From: the human T2T-CHM13v2.0 reference genome, Homo sapiens
Direction: 5' to 3' (one strand)
DNA length: 64,000 nucleotides
NCBI RefSeq assembly: GCF_009914755.1
Contig: NC_060929.1
This document shows, one piece after another, positions 24,001-39,000 of the stretch. Position 1 is the stretch's first letter. Every line of letters starts with the position of its first letter. The notes under the pieces are model-generated. The model had not been told where the DNA came from. It ran no database searches and saw only the letters and a program-made list of their open reading frames with translations. The position numbers and the translations under genes are program-made.

Positions 24001-27000
24001 GTTTAACCTTCCTTTTCATAGAGCAGTTGGGAAACGCTATGTTTGTAAAGTCTGCAAGTGGATATTGGGAACTCTTTGAGGCCTTCATTGGGAATGGGGT
24101 TTCTTCATATAATGCTAGACAGAAGATTTCCCAGTAACTTCTTCCTGTTGTGTGTATTCAACTGACAACAGATGAACCTTCCTTTAGAGAGAGCAGATTT
24201 GAAACACTCTTTTTGTGGAAGTTGCAAGTGGAGATTTCAGCCGCTTTAACGTCAATGGTAGAAAAGGAAATATCTTCGCATAAAAACAAGACAGAATCAT
24301 TTTCAGAAACTGCTTTGTGATGTGTGCATTCAACTCACAGAGTTTAACCTTTGTTTTCATAGAGCCGTTTGGAAACACACAGTTTGTCAAATCTGTAAGT
24401 CGATATTCGGACCTATTTGAGGCCTTCGTTGGAAACGGGATTTCTTCATATAATGCTAGAAAGAAGAATTCTCAGTAACTTCCTTGTGTTGTGTGTAATC
24501 AACTCACAGAATAGAACGTTCCTTTAGATAGAGCAGATTTGAAACACTCTTTTTGTGGAAGTTGCACGTGGAGATTTCAAGCGCTTTGTGGCCAGTGGTA
24601 GAAAATGAAATATCTTCGTATAAAAAGTACACAGAATCATTCTCAGAAACTACTTTCTGATGTGTGCGTTCAACTCTCGGAGTTTAAACTTTCTTTTCAT
24701 AGAGCAGTTTGGAAACAGTGTGTTTGTAAAGTCTGCAAGTGGATATTCGGACCTCTTTGGCGCCTTATTTTGAAACGGGGTTTCTCCATATAATGCTACA
24801 CAGAAGAATTCTCAGTAACTTGTTTGTGTTGTGTGTGTTCAACTCACAGAGTTGAACCTTCCTTTAGACAGAGCAGATTTGAAACACTCTTTTTGTGGAA
24901 TTTGCAAGTGGAGATTTCAAGCGCTTTGAGGCCAAAGGCAGAAAAGGAAATATCTTCGTATAAAAACTAGATAGATCATTCTCAGATACTGCTTTGTGAT
25001 GTGTGCGTTCAACTCACAGAGTTACACTTATCTTTTCGTACAGCAGTTTGGAAACACTCTGTTTGTAATGTCTGCAAGTGGATATTTTGACCTCTTTGAG
25101 GTCTTCGTTGGAAACGGGTTTTATTCATGTAAGGCTAGACAGAAGAATTCTCAGTAACTTCTTTCTATTGTGTGTATTCCACTGACAGAGTTGACCCTTC
25201 CTTTAGACAGAGCACATTTGAACCACTCTTTTTGTGGAATTTGCAAGTGGAGATTTCAGACGCATTGAGGTCAATGGTAGAAAAGGAAATATCTTCGTAT
25301 AAAAACTAGACAGAATGATTCTCAGAACCTGCTTCGTGATGTGTGTGTTCAGTTCAAAGAGTTTTACCTTTCTTTTCATAGAGCAGTTAGGAAACACTCT
25401 GTTTGAACAGTCTGAAAGTGGATATTCCGATCTCTTTGAGGCCTTCGTTGGAAAAGGGATTTCTTCATATAATGCTAGACAGACGAATTCTCAGTAACTT
25501 CTCTGTGTTGTGTGTATTCAAATCACAGAGTTGAACGTTCCTTTAGACAGAGCAGACTTGAAACACTCTTTTTGTGGAATTTGCAATAGCAAATTTCAAG
25601 CGCTTTGAGGCCAAAGGCAGAAGAGGAAATATCTTCGTATAAAAACAAGTCAGAATCATTCTCAGAAACTGCTTAATCATGTGTGCGTTCGACTCACGGA
25701 GTTTAACCTACCTTTTCATACAGCAGTTTGGAAACACTCTGTTTGTAAAGTCTGCACGTGGATATTTGGACATCTTTGAGGCCTTCGTTGGAAACGGGTT
25801 TTATTCATGTAAGGCTAGACAGTAGATTTCTCAGTAACTTCTTTGTGTTGTGTGTATTCAACTGACAGAGTTGACCCTTCTTTTAGGTAGAGCAGATTTG
25901 AGACACTCTTTTTGTGGAATTTGCAAGTGGAGATTTCAGACGCTTTGAGGTCAATGGTAGAAAAGGACATTTCTTCGTATAAAAACTTGACAGAATGATT
26001 CTCAGAAACTGCTTTGTGATGTATGCGTTCAATTCAAAGAGTTCTACCTTTCTTTTCATAGAGCACTTAGGAAACACTCTGTTTGTAAAGACTGCAAGTG
26101 GATATTCGGACCTCTATGAGGCCTTCTTTGGAAAAGGGATTTCTTCATATAATGCTAGACAGAGGAATTCTTCGTAACTTCTTTGTATTGTGTGTATTCA
26201 ACTCACAGAGTTGAACCTTCTTTTAGATAGAGCAGATTTGAAACACACTTTCTGTGGAATTTCCAATTGGAGATTTCAAGCGCTTCAGGGCCAATGGTAG
26301 AAAAGGAAAAATCTTCACATAAAAACTAGACAAAATCATTCCCAGAAACTGTGTAGTGATGTGTATGTTTAACTCACAGAGTTTATCCTTTCTTTTCATA
26401 GAGCAGTTGGGAAACACTCTGTTTGAAAAGTCTGCATGTGGATATTTGGACCGCCATGAGGCGTTCTTTGGAAATGGTATTTCTTCATTTAAGGCTACAC
26501 AGAAGAATTCTCAGTAACTTCCTTGTGTTGTGTGTATTCAGCTCACAGAGTTGAACCTTCTTTTAGATAGAGCAGATTTGAAAGACACTTTTTGGGGAAT
26601 TTGCAAGTGGGGATTTCAAGCGCTTTGAGGCCAACGGTAGAAAAGGAAATATCTTCGAATAAAAAGTAGACAGAATCATTCCCAGAAACTGCGTTTTGAT
26701 GTGTGTGTTCACCTAACAGAGTTTAACCTTCCTTTTCATAGAGCAGTTGGGAAACGCTATGTTTGTAAAGTCTGCAAGTGGATATTGGGAACTCTTTGAG
26801 GCCTTCATTGGGAATGGGGTTTCTTCATATAATGCTAGACAGAAGATTTCCCAGTAACTTCTTCCTGTTGTGTGTATTCAACTGACAACAGATGAACCTT
26901 CCTTTAGAGAGAGCAGATTTGAAACACTCTTTTTGTGGAATTTGCAAGTGGAGATTTCAGCCGCTTTAACGTCAATGGTAGAAAAGGAAATATCTTCGCA

Positions 27001-30000
27001 TAAAAGCAAGACAGAATCATTTTCAGAAACTGCTTTGTGATGTGTGCATTCAACTCACAGAGTTTAACCTTTGTTTTCCTAGAGCCGTTTGGAAACACAC
27101 AGTTTGTCAAATCTGTAAGTCGATATTCGGACCTATTTGAGGCCTTCGTTGGAAACGGGATTTCTTCATATAATGCTAGAAAGAAGAATTCTCAGTAACT
27201 TCCTTGTGTTGTGTGTAATCAACACACAGAATAGAACGTTCCTTTAGATAGAGCAGATTTGAAACACTCTTTTTGTGGAAGTTGCACGTGGAGATTTCAA
27301 GCGCTTTGTGACCAGTGGTAGAAAATGAAATATCTTCGTATAAAAAGTACACAGAATCATTCTCAGAAACTACTTTCTGATGTGTGCGTTCAACTCTCGG
27401 AGTTTAAACTTTCTTTTCATAGAGCAGTTTGGAAACAGTGTGTTTGTAAAGTCTGCAAGTGGATATTCGGACCTCTTTGGCGCCTTATTTTGAAACGGGG
27501 TTTCTCCATATAATGCTAGACAGAAGAATTCTCAGTAACTTGTTTGTGTTGTGTGTGTTCAACTCACAGAGTTGAACCTTCCTTTAGACAGAGCAGATTT
27601 GAAACACTCTTTTTGTGGAATTTGCAAGTGGAGATTTCAAGCGCTTTGAGGCCAAAGGCAGAAAAGGAAATATCTTCGTATAAAAACTAGATAGATCATT
27701 CTCAGAAACTGCTTTGTGATGTGTGCGTTCAACTCACAGAGTTTCACTTATCTTTTCGTACAGCAGCTTGGAAACACTCTGTTTGTAATGTCTGCAAGTG
27801 GATATTTTGACCTCTTTTAGGTCTTCGTTGGAAACGGGTTTTATTCATGTAAGGCTAGACAGAAGAATTCTCAGTAACTTCTTTGTATTGTGTGTATTCC
27901 ACTGACAGAGTTGACCCTTCCTTTAGACAGAGCACATTTGAACCACTCTTTTTGTGGAATTTGCAAGTGGAGATTTCAGACGCATTGAGGTCAATGGTAG
28001 AAAAGGAAATATCTTCGTATAAAAACTAGACAGAATGATTCTCAGAACCTGCTTCGTGATGTGTGTGTTCAGTTCAAAGAGTTTTACCTTTCTTTTCATA
28101 GAGCAGTTAGGAAACACTCTGTTTGAACAGTCTGAAAGTGGATATTCCGATCTCTTTGAGGCCTTTGTTGGAAAAGGGATTTCTTCATATAATGCTAGAC
28201 AGAGGAATTCTCAGTAACTTCTCTGTGTTGTGTGTATTCAAATCACAGAGTTGAACGTTCCTTTAGACAGAGCAGACTTGAAACACTCTTTTTGTGGAAT
28301 TTGCAATAGGAAATTTCAAGCGCTTTGAGGCCAAAGGCAGAAGAGGAAATATCTTCGTATAAAAACAAGTCAGAATCATTCTCAGAAACTGCTTAATCAT
28401 GTGTGCGTTCGACTCACGGAGTTTAACCTACCTTTTCATACAGCAGTTTGGAAACACTCTGTTTGTAAAGTCTGCACGTGGATATTTGGACATCTTTGAG
28501 GCCTTCGTTGGAAACGGGTTTTATTCATGTAAGGCTAGACAGAAGATTTCTCAGTAACTTCTTTCTGTTGTGTGTATTCAACTGACAGAGTTGACCCTTC
28601 TTTTAGGTAGAGCAGATTTGAGACACTCTTTTTGTGGAATTTGCAAGTGGAGATTTCAGACGCTTTGAGGTCAATGGTAGAAAAGGACATTTCTTCGTAT
28701 AAAAACTTGACAGAATGATTCTCAGAAACTGCTTTGTGATGTATGCGTTCAATTCAAAGAGTTCTACCTTTCTTTTCATAGAGCACTTAGGAAACACTCT
28801 GTTTGTAAAGACTGCAAGTGGATATTCGGACCTCTATGAGGCCTTCTTTGGAAAAGGGATTTCTTCATATAATGCTAGACAGAGGAATTCTTCGTAACTT
28901 CTTTGTATTGTGTGTATTCAACTCACAGAGTTGAACCTTCTTTTAGATAGAGCAGATTTGAAACACACTTTCTGTGGAATTTCCAATTGGAGATTTCAAG
29001 TGCTTCGGGGCCAATGGTAGAAAAGGTAAAATCTTCACATAAAAACTAGACAAACTCATTCCCAGAAACTGTGTAGTGATGTGTATGTTTAACTCACAGA
29101 GTTTATCCTTTCTTTTCATAGAGCAGTTGGGAAACACTCTGTTTGAAAAGTCTGCATGTGGATATTTGGACCGCCATGAGGCGTTCTTTGGAAATGGTAT
29201 TTCTTCATTTAAGGCTACACAGAAGAAGTCTCAGTAACTTCCTTGTGTTGTGTGTATTCAGCTCACAGAGTTGAACCTTCTTTTAGATAGAGCAGATTTG
29301 AAAGACACTTTTTGGGGAATTTGCAAGTGGGGATTTCAAGCGCTTTGAGGCCAACGGTAGAAAAGGAAATATCTTTGAATAAAAAGTAGACAGAATCATT
29401 CCCAGAAACTGCGTTTTGATGTGTGCGTTCACCTAACAGAGTTTAACCTTCCTTTTCATAGAGCAGTTGGGAAACGCTATGTTTGTAAAGTCTGCAAGTG
29501 GATATTGGGAACTCTTTGAGGCCTTCATTGGGAATGGGGTTTCTTCATATAATGCTAGACAGAAGATTTCCCAGTAACTTCTTCCTGTTGTGTGTATTCA
29601 ACTGACAACAGATGAACCTTCCTTTAGAGAGAGCAGATTTGAAACACTCTTTTTGTGGAAGTTGCAAGTGGAGATTTCAGCCGCTTTAACGTCAATGGTA
29701 GAAAAGGAAATATCTTCGCATAAAAACAAGACAGAATCATTTTCAGAAACTGCTTTGTGATGTGTGCATTCAACTCACAGAGTTTAACCTTTGTTTTCAT
29801 AGAGCCGTTTGGAAACACACAGTTTGTCAAATCTGTAAGTCGATATTCGGACCTATTTGAGGCCTTCGTTGGAAACGGGATTTCTTCATATAATGCTAGA
29901 AAGAAGAATTCTCAGTAACTTCCTTGTGTTGTGTGTAATCAACTCACAGAATAGAACGTTCCTTTAGATAGAGCAGATTTGAAACACTCTTTTTGTGGAA

Positions 30001-33000
30001 GTTGCACGTGGAGATTTCAAGCGCTTTGTGACCAGTGGTAGAAAATGAAATATCTTCGTATAAAAAGTACACAGAATCATTCTCAGAAACTACTTTCTGA
30101 TGTGTGCGTTCAACTCTCGGAGTTTAAACTTTCTTTTCATAGAGCAGTTTGGAAACAGTGTGTTTGTAAAGTCTGCAAGTGGATATTCGGACCTCTTTGG
30201 CGCCTTATTTTGAAACGGGGTTTCTCCATATAATGCTACACAGAAGAATTCTCAGTAACTTGTTTGTGTTGTGTGTGTTCAACTCACAGAGTTGAACCTT
30301 CCTTTAGACAGAGCAGATTTGAAACACTCTTTTTGTGGAATTTGCAAGTGGAGATTTCAAGCGCTTTGAGGCCAAAGGCAGAAAAGGAAATATCTTCGTA
30401 TAAAAACTAGATAGATCATTCTCAGAAACTGCTTTGTGATTTGTGCGTTCAACTCACAGAGTTTCACTTATCTTTTCGTACAGCAGCTTGGAAACACTCT
30501 GTTTGTAATGTCTGCAAGTGGATATTTTGACCTCTTTTAGGTCTTCGTTGGAAACGGGTTTTATTCATGTAAGGCTAGACAGAAGAATTCTCAGTAACTT
30601 CTTTGTATTGTGTGTATTCCACTGACAGAGTTGACCCTTCCTTTAGACAGAGCACATTTGAACCACTCTTTTTGTGGAATTTGCAAGTGGAGATTTCAGA
30701 CGCATTGAGGTCAATGGTAGAAAAGGAAATATCTTCGTATAAAAACTAGACAGAATGATTCTCAGAACCTGCTTCGTGATGTGTGTGTTCAGTTCAAAGA
30801 GTTTTACCTTTCTTTTCATAGAGCAGTTAGGAAACACTCTGTTTGAACAGTCTGAAAGTGGATATTCCGATCTCTTTGAGGCCTTCGTTGGAAAAGGGAT
30901 TTCTTCATATAATGCTAGACAGAGGAATTCTCAGTAACTTCTCTGTGTTGTGTGTATTCAAATCACAGAGTTGAACGTTCCTTTAGACAGAGCAGACTTG
31001 AAACACTCTTTTTGTGGAATTTGCAATAGGAAATTTCAAGCGCTTTGAGGCCAAAGGCAGAAGAGGAAATATCTTCGTATAAAAACAAGTCAGAATCATT
31101 CTCAGAAACTGCTTAATCATGTGTGCGTTCGACTCACGGAGTTTAACCTACCTTTTCATACAGCAGTTTGGAAACACTCTGTTTGTAAAGTCTGCACGTG
31201 GATATTTGGACATCTTTGAGGCCTTCGTTGGAAACGGGTTTTATTCATGTAAGGCTAGACAGAAGATTTCTCAGTAACTTCTTTGTGTTGTGTGTATTCA
31301 ACTGACAGAGTTGACCCTTCTTTTAGGTAGAGCAGATTTGAGACACTCTTTTTGTGGAATTTGCAAGTGGAGATTTCAGACGCTTTGAGGTCAATGGTAG
31401 AAAAGGACATTTGTTCGTATAAAAACTTGACAGAATGATTCTCAGAAACTGCTTTGTGATGTATGCGTTCAATTCAAATAGTTCTACCTTTCTTTTCATA
31501 GAGCACTTAGGAAACACTCTGTTTGTAAAGACTGCAAGTGGATATTCGGACCTCTATGAGGCCTTCTTTGGAAAAGGGATTTCTTCATATAATGCTAGAC
31601 AGAGGAATTCTTCGTAACTTCTTTGTATTGTGTGTATTCAACTCACAGAGTTGAACCTTCTTTTAGATAGAGCAGATTTGAAACACACTTTCTGTGGAAT
31701 TTCCAATTGGAGATTTCAAGCGCTTCGGGGCCAATGGTAGAAAAGGAAAAATCTTCACAAAAAAACTAGACAAAATCATTCCCAGAAACTGTGTAGTGAT
31801 GTGTATGTTTAACTCACAGAGTTTATCCTTTCTTTTCATAGAGCAGTTGGGAAACACTCTGTTTGAAAAGTCTGCATGTGGATATTTGGACCGCCATGAG
31901 GCGTTCTTTGGAAATGGTATTTCTTCATTTAAGGCTACACAGAAGAATTCTCAGTAACTTCCTTGTGTTGTGTGTATTCAGCTCACAGAGTTGAACCTTC
32001 TTTTAGATAGAGCAGATTTGAAAGACACTTTTTGGGGAATTTGCAAGTGGGGATTTCAAGCGCTTTGAGGCCAACGGTAGAAAAGGAAATATCTTCGAAT
32101 AAAAAGTAGACAGAATCATTCCCAGAAACTGCGTTTTGATGTGTGCGTTCACCTAACAGAGTTTAACCTTCCTTTTCATAGAGCAGTTGGGAAACGCTAT
32201 GTTTGTAAAGTCTGCAAGTGGATATTGGGAACTCTTTGAGGCCTTCATTGGGAATGGGGTTTCTTCATATAATGCTAGACAGAAGATTTCCCAGTAACTT
32301 CTTCCTGTTGTGTGTATTCAACTGACAACAGATGAACCTTCCTTTAGAGAGAGCATATTTGAAACACTCTTTTTGTGGAAGTTGCAAGTGGAGATTTCAG
32401 CCGCTTTAACGTCAATGGTAGAAAAGGAAATATCTTCGCATAAAAACAAGACAGAATCATTTTCAGAAACTGCTTTGTGATGTGTGCATTCAACTCACAG
32501 AGTTTAACCTTTGTTTTCATAGAGCCGTTTGGAAACACACAGTTTGTCAAATCTGTAAGTCGATATTCGGACCTATTTGAGGCCTTCGTTGGAAACGGGA
32601 TTTCTTCATATAATGCTAGAAAGAAGAATTCTCAGTAACTTCCTTGTGTTCTGTGTAATCAACTCACAGAATAGAACGTTCCTTTAGATAGAGCAGATTT
32701 GAAACACTCTTTTTGTGGAAGTTGCACGTGGAGATTTCAAGCGCTTTGTGGCCAGTGGTAGAAAATGAAATATCTTCGTATAAAAAGTACACAGAATCAT
32801 TCTCAGAAACTACTTTCTGATGTGTGCGTTCAACTCTCGGAGTTTAAACTTTCTTTTCATAGAGCAGTTTGGAAACAGTGTGTTTGTAAAGTCTGCAAGT
32901 GGATATTCGGACCTCTTTAGCGCCTTATTTTGAAACGGGGTTTCTCCATATAATGCTAGACAGAAGAATTCTCAGTAACTTGTTTGTGTTGTGTGTGTTC

Positions 33001-36000
33001 AACTCACAGAGTTGAACCTTCCTTTAGACAGAGCAGATTTGAAACACTCTTTTTGTGGAATTTGCAAGTGGAGATTTCAAGCGCTTTGAGGCCAAAGGCA
33101 GAAAAGGAAATATCTTCGTATAAAAACTAGATAGATCATTCTCAGAAACTGCTTTGTGATGTGTGCGTTCAACTCACAGAGTTTCACTTATCTTTTCGTA
33201 CAGCAGTTTGGAGACACTCTGTTTGTAATGTCTGCAAGTGGATATTTTGACCTCTTTGAGGTCTTCGTTGGAAACGGGTTTTATTCATGTAAGGCTAGAC
33301 AGAAGAATTCTCAGTAACTTCTTTGTATTGTGTGTATTCCACTGACAGAGTTGACCCTTCCTTTAGACAGAGCACATTTGAACCACTCTTTTTGTGGAAT
33401 TTGCAAGTGGAGATTTCAGACGCATTGAGGTCAATGGTAGAAAAGGAAATATCTTCGTATAAAAACTAGACAGAATGATTCTCAGAACCTGCTTCGTCAT
33501 GTGTGTGTTCAGTTCAAAGAGTTTTACCTTTCTTTTCATAGAGCAGTTAGGAAACACTCTGTTTGAACAGTCTGAAAGTGGATATTCCGATCTCTTTGAG
33601 GCCTTTGTTGGAAAAGGGATTTCTTCATATAATGCTAGACAGAGGAATTCTCAGTAACTTCTCTGTGTTGTGTGTATTCAAATCACAGAGTTGAACGTTC
33701 CTTTAGACAGAGCAGACTTGAAACACTCTTTTTGTGGAATTTGCAATAGGAAATTTCAAGCGCTTTGAGGCCAAAGGCAGAAGAGGAAATATCTTCGTAT
33801 AAAAACAAGTCAGAATCATTCTCAGAAACTGCTTAATCATGTGTGCGTTCGACTCACGGAGTTTAACCTACCTTTTCATACAGCAGTTTGGAAACACTCT
33901 GTTTGTAAAGTCTGCACGTGGATATTTGGACATCTTTGAGGCCTTCGTTGGAAACGGGTTTTATTCATGTAAGGCTAGACAGAAGATTTCTCAGTAACTT
34001 CTTTGTGTTGTGTGTATTCAACTGACAGAGTTGACCCTTCTTTTAGGTAGAGCAGATTTGAGACACTCTTTTTGTGGAATTTGCAAGTGGAGATTTCAGA
34101 CGCTTTGAGGTCAATGGTAGAAAAGGACATTTCTTCGTATAAAAACTTGACAGAATGATTCTCAGAAACTGCTTTGTGATGTATGCGTTCAATTCAAAGA
34201 GTTCTACCTTTCTTTTCATAGAGCACTTAGGAAACACTCTGTTTGTAAAGACTGCAAGTGGATATTCGGACCTCTATGAGGCCTTCTTTGGAAAAGGGAT
34301 TTCTTCATATAATGCTAGACAGAGGAATTCTTCGTAACTTCTTTGTATTGTGTGTATTCAACTCACAGAGTTGAACCTTCTTTTAGATAGAGCAGATTTG
34401 AAACACACTTTCTGTGGAATTTCCAATTGGAGATTTCAAGCGCTTCGGGGCCAATGGTAGAAAAGGAAAAATCTTCACATAAAAACTAGACAAAATCATT
34501 CCCAGAAACTGTGTAGTGATGTGTATGTTTAACTCACAGAGTTTATCCTTTCTTTTCATAGAGCAGTTGGGAAACACTCTGTTTGAAAAGTCTGCATGTG
34601 GATATTTGGACCGCCATGAGGCGTTCTTTGGAAATGGTATTTCTTCATTTAAGGCTACACAGAAGAATTCTCAGTAACTTCTTTGTGTTGTGTGTATTCC
34701 GCTCACAGAGTTGAACCTTCTTTTAGATAGAGCAGATTTGAAAGACACTTTTTGGGGAATTTGCAAGTGGGGATTTCAAGCGCTTTGAGGCCAACGGTAG
34801 AAAAGGAAATATCTTCGAATAAAAAGTAGACAGAATCATTCCCAGAAACTGCGTTTTGATGTGTGCGTTCACCTAACAGAGTTTAACCTTCCTTTTCATA
34901 GAGCAGTTGGGAAACGCTATGTTTGTAAAGTCTGCAAGTGGATATTGGGAACTCTTTGAGGCCTTCATTGGGAATGGGGTTTCTTCATATAATGCTAGAC
35001 AGAAGATTTCCCAGTAACTTCTTCCTGTTGTGTGTATTCAACTGACAACAGATGAACCTTCCTTTAGAGAGAGCAGATTTGAAACACTCTTTTTGTGGAA
35101 GTTGCAAGTGGAGATTTCAGCCGCTTTAACGTCAATGGTAGAAAAGGAAATATCTTCGCATAAAAACAAGACAGAATCATTTTCAGAAACTGCTTTGTGA
35201 TGTGTGCATTCAACTCACAGAGTTTAACCTTTGTTTTCATAGAGCCGTTTGGAAACACACAGTTTGTCAAATCTGTAAGTCGATATTCGGAACTATTTGA
35301 GGCCTTCGTTGGAAACGGGATTTCTTCATATAATGCTAGAAAGAAGAATTCTCAGTAACTTCCTTGTGTTGTGTGTAATCAACTCACAGAATAGAACGTT
35401 CCTTTAGATAGAGCAGATTTGAAACACTCTTTTTGTGGAAGTTGCACGTGGAGATTTCAAGCGCTTTGTGGCCAGTGGTAGAAAATGAAATATCTTCGTA
35501 TAAAAAGTACACAGAATCATTCTCAGAAACTACTTTCTGATGTGTGCGTTCAACTCTCGGAGTTTAAACTTTCTTTTCATAGAGCAGTTTGGAAACAGTG
35601 TGTTTGTAAAGTCTGCAAGTGGATATTCGGACCTCTTTGGCGCCTTAATTTGAAACGGGGTTTCTCCCTATAATGCTAGACAGAAGAATTCTCAGTAACT
35701 TGTTTGTGTTGTGTGTGTTCAACTCACAGAGTTGAACCTTCCTTTAGACAGAGCAGATTTGAAACACTCTTTTTGTGGAATTTGCAAGTGGAGATTTCAA
35801 GCGCTTTGAGGCCAAAGGCAGAAAAGGAAATATCTTCGTATAAAAACTACATAGATCATTCTCAGAAACTGCTTTGTGATGTGTGCGTTCAACTCACAGA
35901 GTTTCACTTATCTTTTCGTACAGCAGTTTGGAAACACTCTGTTTGTAATGTCTGCAAGTGGATATTTTGACCTCTTTGAGGTCTTCGTTGGAAACGGGTT

Positions 36001-39000
36001 TTATTCATGTAAGGCTAGACAGAAGAATTCTCAGTAACTTCTTTGTATTGTGTGTATTCCACTGACAGAGTTGACCCTTCCTTTAGACAGAGCACATTTG
36101 AACCACTCTTTTTGTGGAATTTGCAAGTGGAGATTTCAGACGCATTGAGGTCAATGGTAGAAAAGGAAATATCTTCGTATAAAAACTAGACAGAATGATT
36201 CTCAGAACCTGCTTCGTGATGTGTGTGTTCAGTTCAAAGAGTTTTACCTTTCTTTTCATAGAGCAGTTAGGAAACACTCTGTTTGAACAGTCTGAAAGTG
36301 GATATTCCGATCTCTTTGAGGCCTTTGTTGGAAAAGGGATTTCTTCATATAATGCTAGACAGAGGAATTCTCAGTAACTTCTCTGTGTTGTGTGTATTCA
36401 AATCACAGAGTTGAACGTTCCTTTAGACAGAGCAGACTTGAAACACTCTTTTTGTGGAATTTGCAATAGGAAATTTCAAGCACTTTGAGGCCAAAGGCAG
36501 AAGAGGAAATATCTTCGTATAAAAGCAAGTCAGAATCATTCTCAGAAACTGCTTAATCATGTGTGCGTTCGACTCACGGAGTTTAACCTACCTTTTCATA
36601 CAGCAGTTTGGAAACACTCTGTTTGTAAAGTCTGCACGTGGATATTTGGACATCTTTGAGGCCTTCGTTGGAAACGGGTTTTATTCATGTAAGGCTAGAC
36701 AGAAGATTTCTCAGTAACTTCTTTGTGTTGTGTGTATTCAACTGACAGAGTTGACCCTTCTTTTAGGTAGAGCAGATTTGAGACACTCTTTTTGTGGAAT
36801 TTGCAAGTGGAGATTTCAGACGCTTTGAGGTCAATGGTAGAAAAGGACATTTCTTCGTATAAAAACTTGACAGAATGATTCTCAGAAACTGCTTTGTGAT
36901 GTATGCGTTCAATTCAAAGAGTTCTACCTTTCTTTTCATAGAGCACTTAGGAAACACTCTGTTTGTAAAGACTGCAAGTGGATATTCGGACCTCTATGAG
37001 GCCTTCTTTGGAAAAGGGATTTCTTCATATAATGCTAGACAGAGGAATTCTTCGTAACTTCTTTGTATTGTGTGTATTCAACTCACAGAGTTGAACCTTC
37101 TTTTAGATAGAGCAGATTTGAAACACACTTTCTGTGGAATTTCCAATTGGAGATTTCAAGCGCTTCGGGGCCAATGGTAGAAAAGGAAAAATCTTCACAA
37201 AAAAACTAGACAAAATCATTCCCAGAAACTGTGTAGTGATGTGTATGTTTAACTCACAGAGTTTATCCTTTCTTTTCATAGAGCAGTTGGGAAACACTCT
37301 GTTTGAAAAGTCTGCATGTGGATATTTGGACCGCCATGAGGCGTTCTTTGGAAATGGTATTTCTTCATTTAAGGCTACACAGAAGAATTCTCAGTAACTT
37401 CCTTGTGTTGTGTGTATTCAGCTCACAGAGTTGAACCTTCTTTTAGATAGAGCAGATTTGAAAGACACTTTTTGGGGAATTTGCAAGTGGGGATTTCAAG
37501 CGCTTTGAGGCCAACGGTAGAAAAGGAAATATCTTCGAATAAAAAGTAGACAGAATCATTCCCAGAAACTGCGTTTTGATGTGTGCGTTCACCTAACAGA
37601 GTTTAACCTTCCTTTTCATAGAGCAGTTGGGAAACGCTATGTTTGTAAAGTCTGCAAGTGGATATTGGGAACTCTTTGAGGCCTTCATTGGGAATGGGGT
37701 TTCTTCATATAATGCTAGACAGAAGATTTCCCAGTAACTTCTTCCTGTTGTGTGTATTCAACTGACAACAGATGAACCTTCCTTTAGAGAGAGCAGATTT
37801 GAAACACTCTTTTTGTGGAAGTTGCAAGTGGAGATTTCAGCCGCTTTAACGTCAATGGTAGAAAAGGAAATATCTTCGCATAAAAACAAGACAGAATCAT
37901 TTTCAGAAACTGCTTTGTGATGTGTGCATTCAACTCACAGAGTTTAACCTTTGTTTTCATAGAGCCGTTTGGAAACACACAGTTTGTCAAATCTGTAAGT
38001 CGATATTCGGACCTATTTGAGGCCTTCGTTGGAAACGGGATTTCTTCATATAATGCTAGAAAGAAGAATTCTCAGTAACTTCCTTGTGTTCTGTGTAATC
38101 AACTCACAGAATAGAACGTTCCTTTAGATAGAGCAGATTTGAAACACTCTTTTTGTGGAAGTTGCACGTGGAGATTTCAAGCGCTTTGTGGCCAGTGGTA
38201 GAAAATGAAATATCTTCGTATAAAAAGTACACAGAATCATTCTCAGAAACTACTTTCTGATGTGTGCGTTCAACTCTCGGAGTTTAAACTTTCTTTTCAT
38301 AGAGCAGTTTGGAAACAGTGTGTTTGTAAAGTCTGCAAGTGGATATTCGGACCTCTTTAGCGCCTTATTTTGAAACGGGGTTTCTCCATATAATGCTAGA
38401 CAGAAGAATTCTCAGTAACTTGTTTGTGTTGTGTGTGTTCAACTCACAGAGTTGAACCTTCCTTTAGACAGAGCAGATTTGAAACACTCTTTTTGTGGAA
38501 TTTGCAAGTGGAGATTTCAAGCGCTTTGAGGCCAAAGGCAGAAAAGGAAATATCTTCGTATAAAAACTAGATAGATCATTCTCAGAAACTGCTTTGTGAT
38601 GTGTGCGTTCAACTCACAGAGTTTCACTTATCTTTTCGTACAGCAGTTTGGAGACACTCTGTTTGTAATGTCTGCAAGTGGATATTTTGACCTCTTTGAG
38701 GTCTTCGTTGGAAACGGGTTTTATTCATGTAAGGCTAGACAGAAGAATTCTCAGTAACTTCTTTGTATTGTGTGTATTCCACTGACAGAGTTGACCCTTC
38801 CTTTAGACAGAGCACATTTGAACCACTCTTTTTGTGGAATTTGCAAGTGGAGATTTCAGACGCATTGAGGTCAATGGTAGAAAAGGAAATATCTTCGTAT
38901 AAAAACTAGACAGAATGATTCTCAGAACCTGCTTCGTCATGTGTGTGTTCAGTTCAAAGAGTTTTACCTTTCTTTTCATAGAGCAGTTAGGAAACACTCT

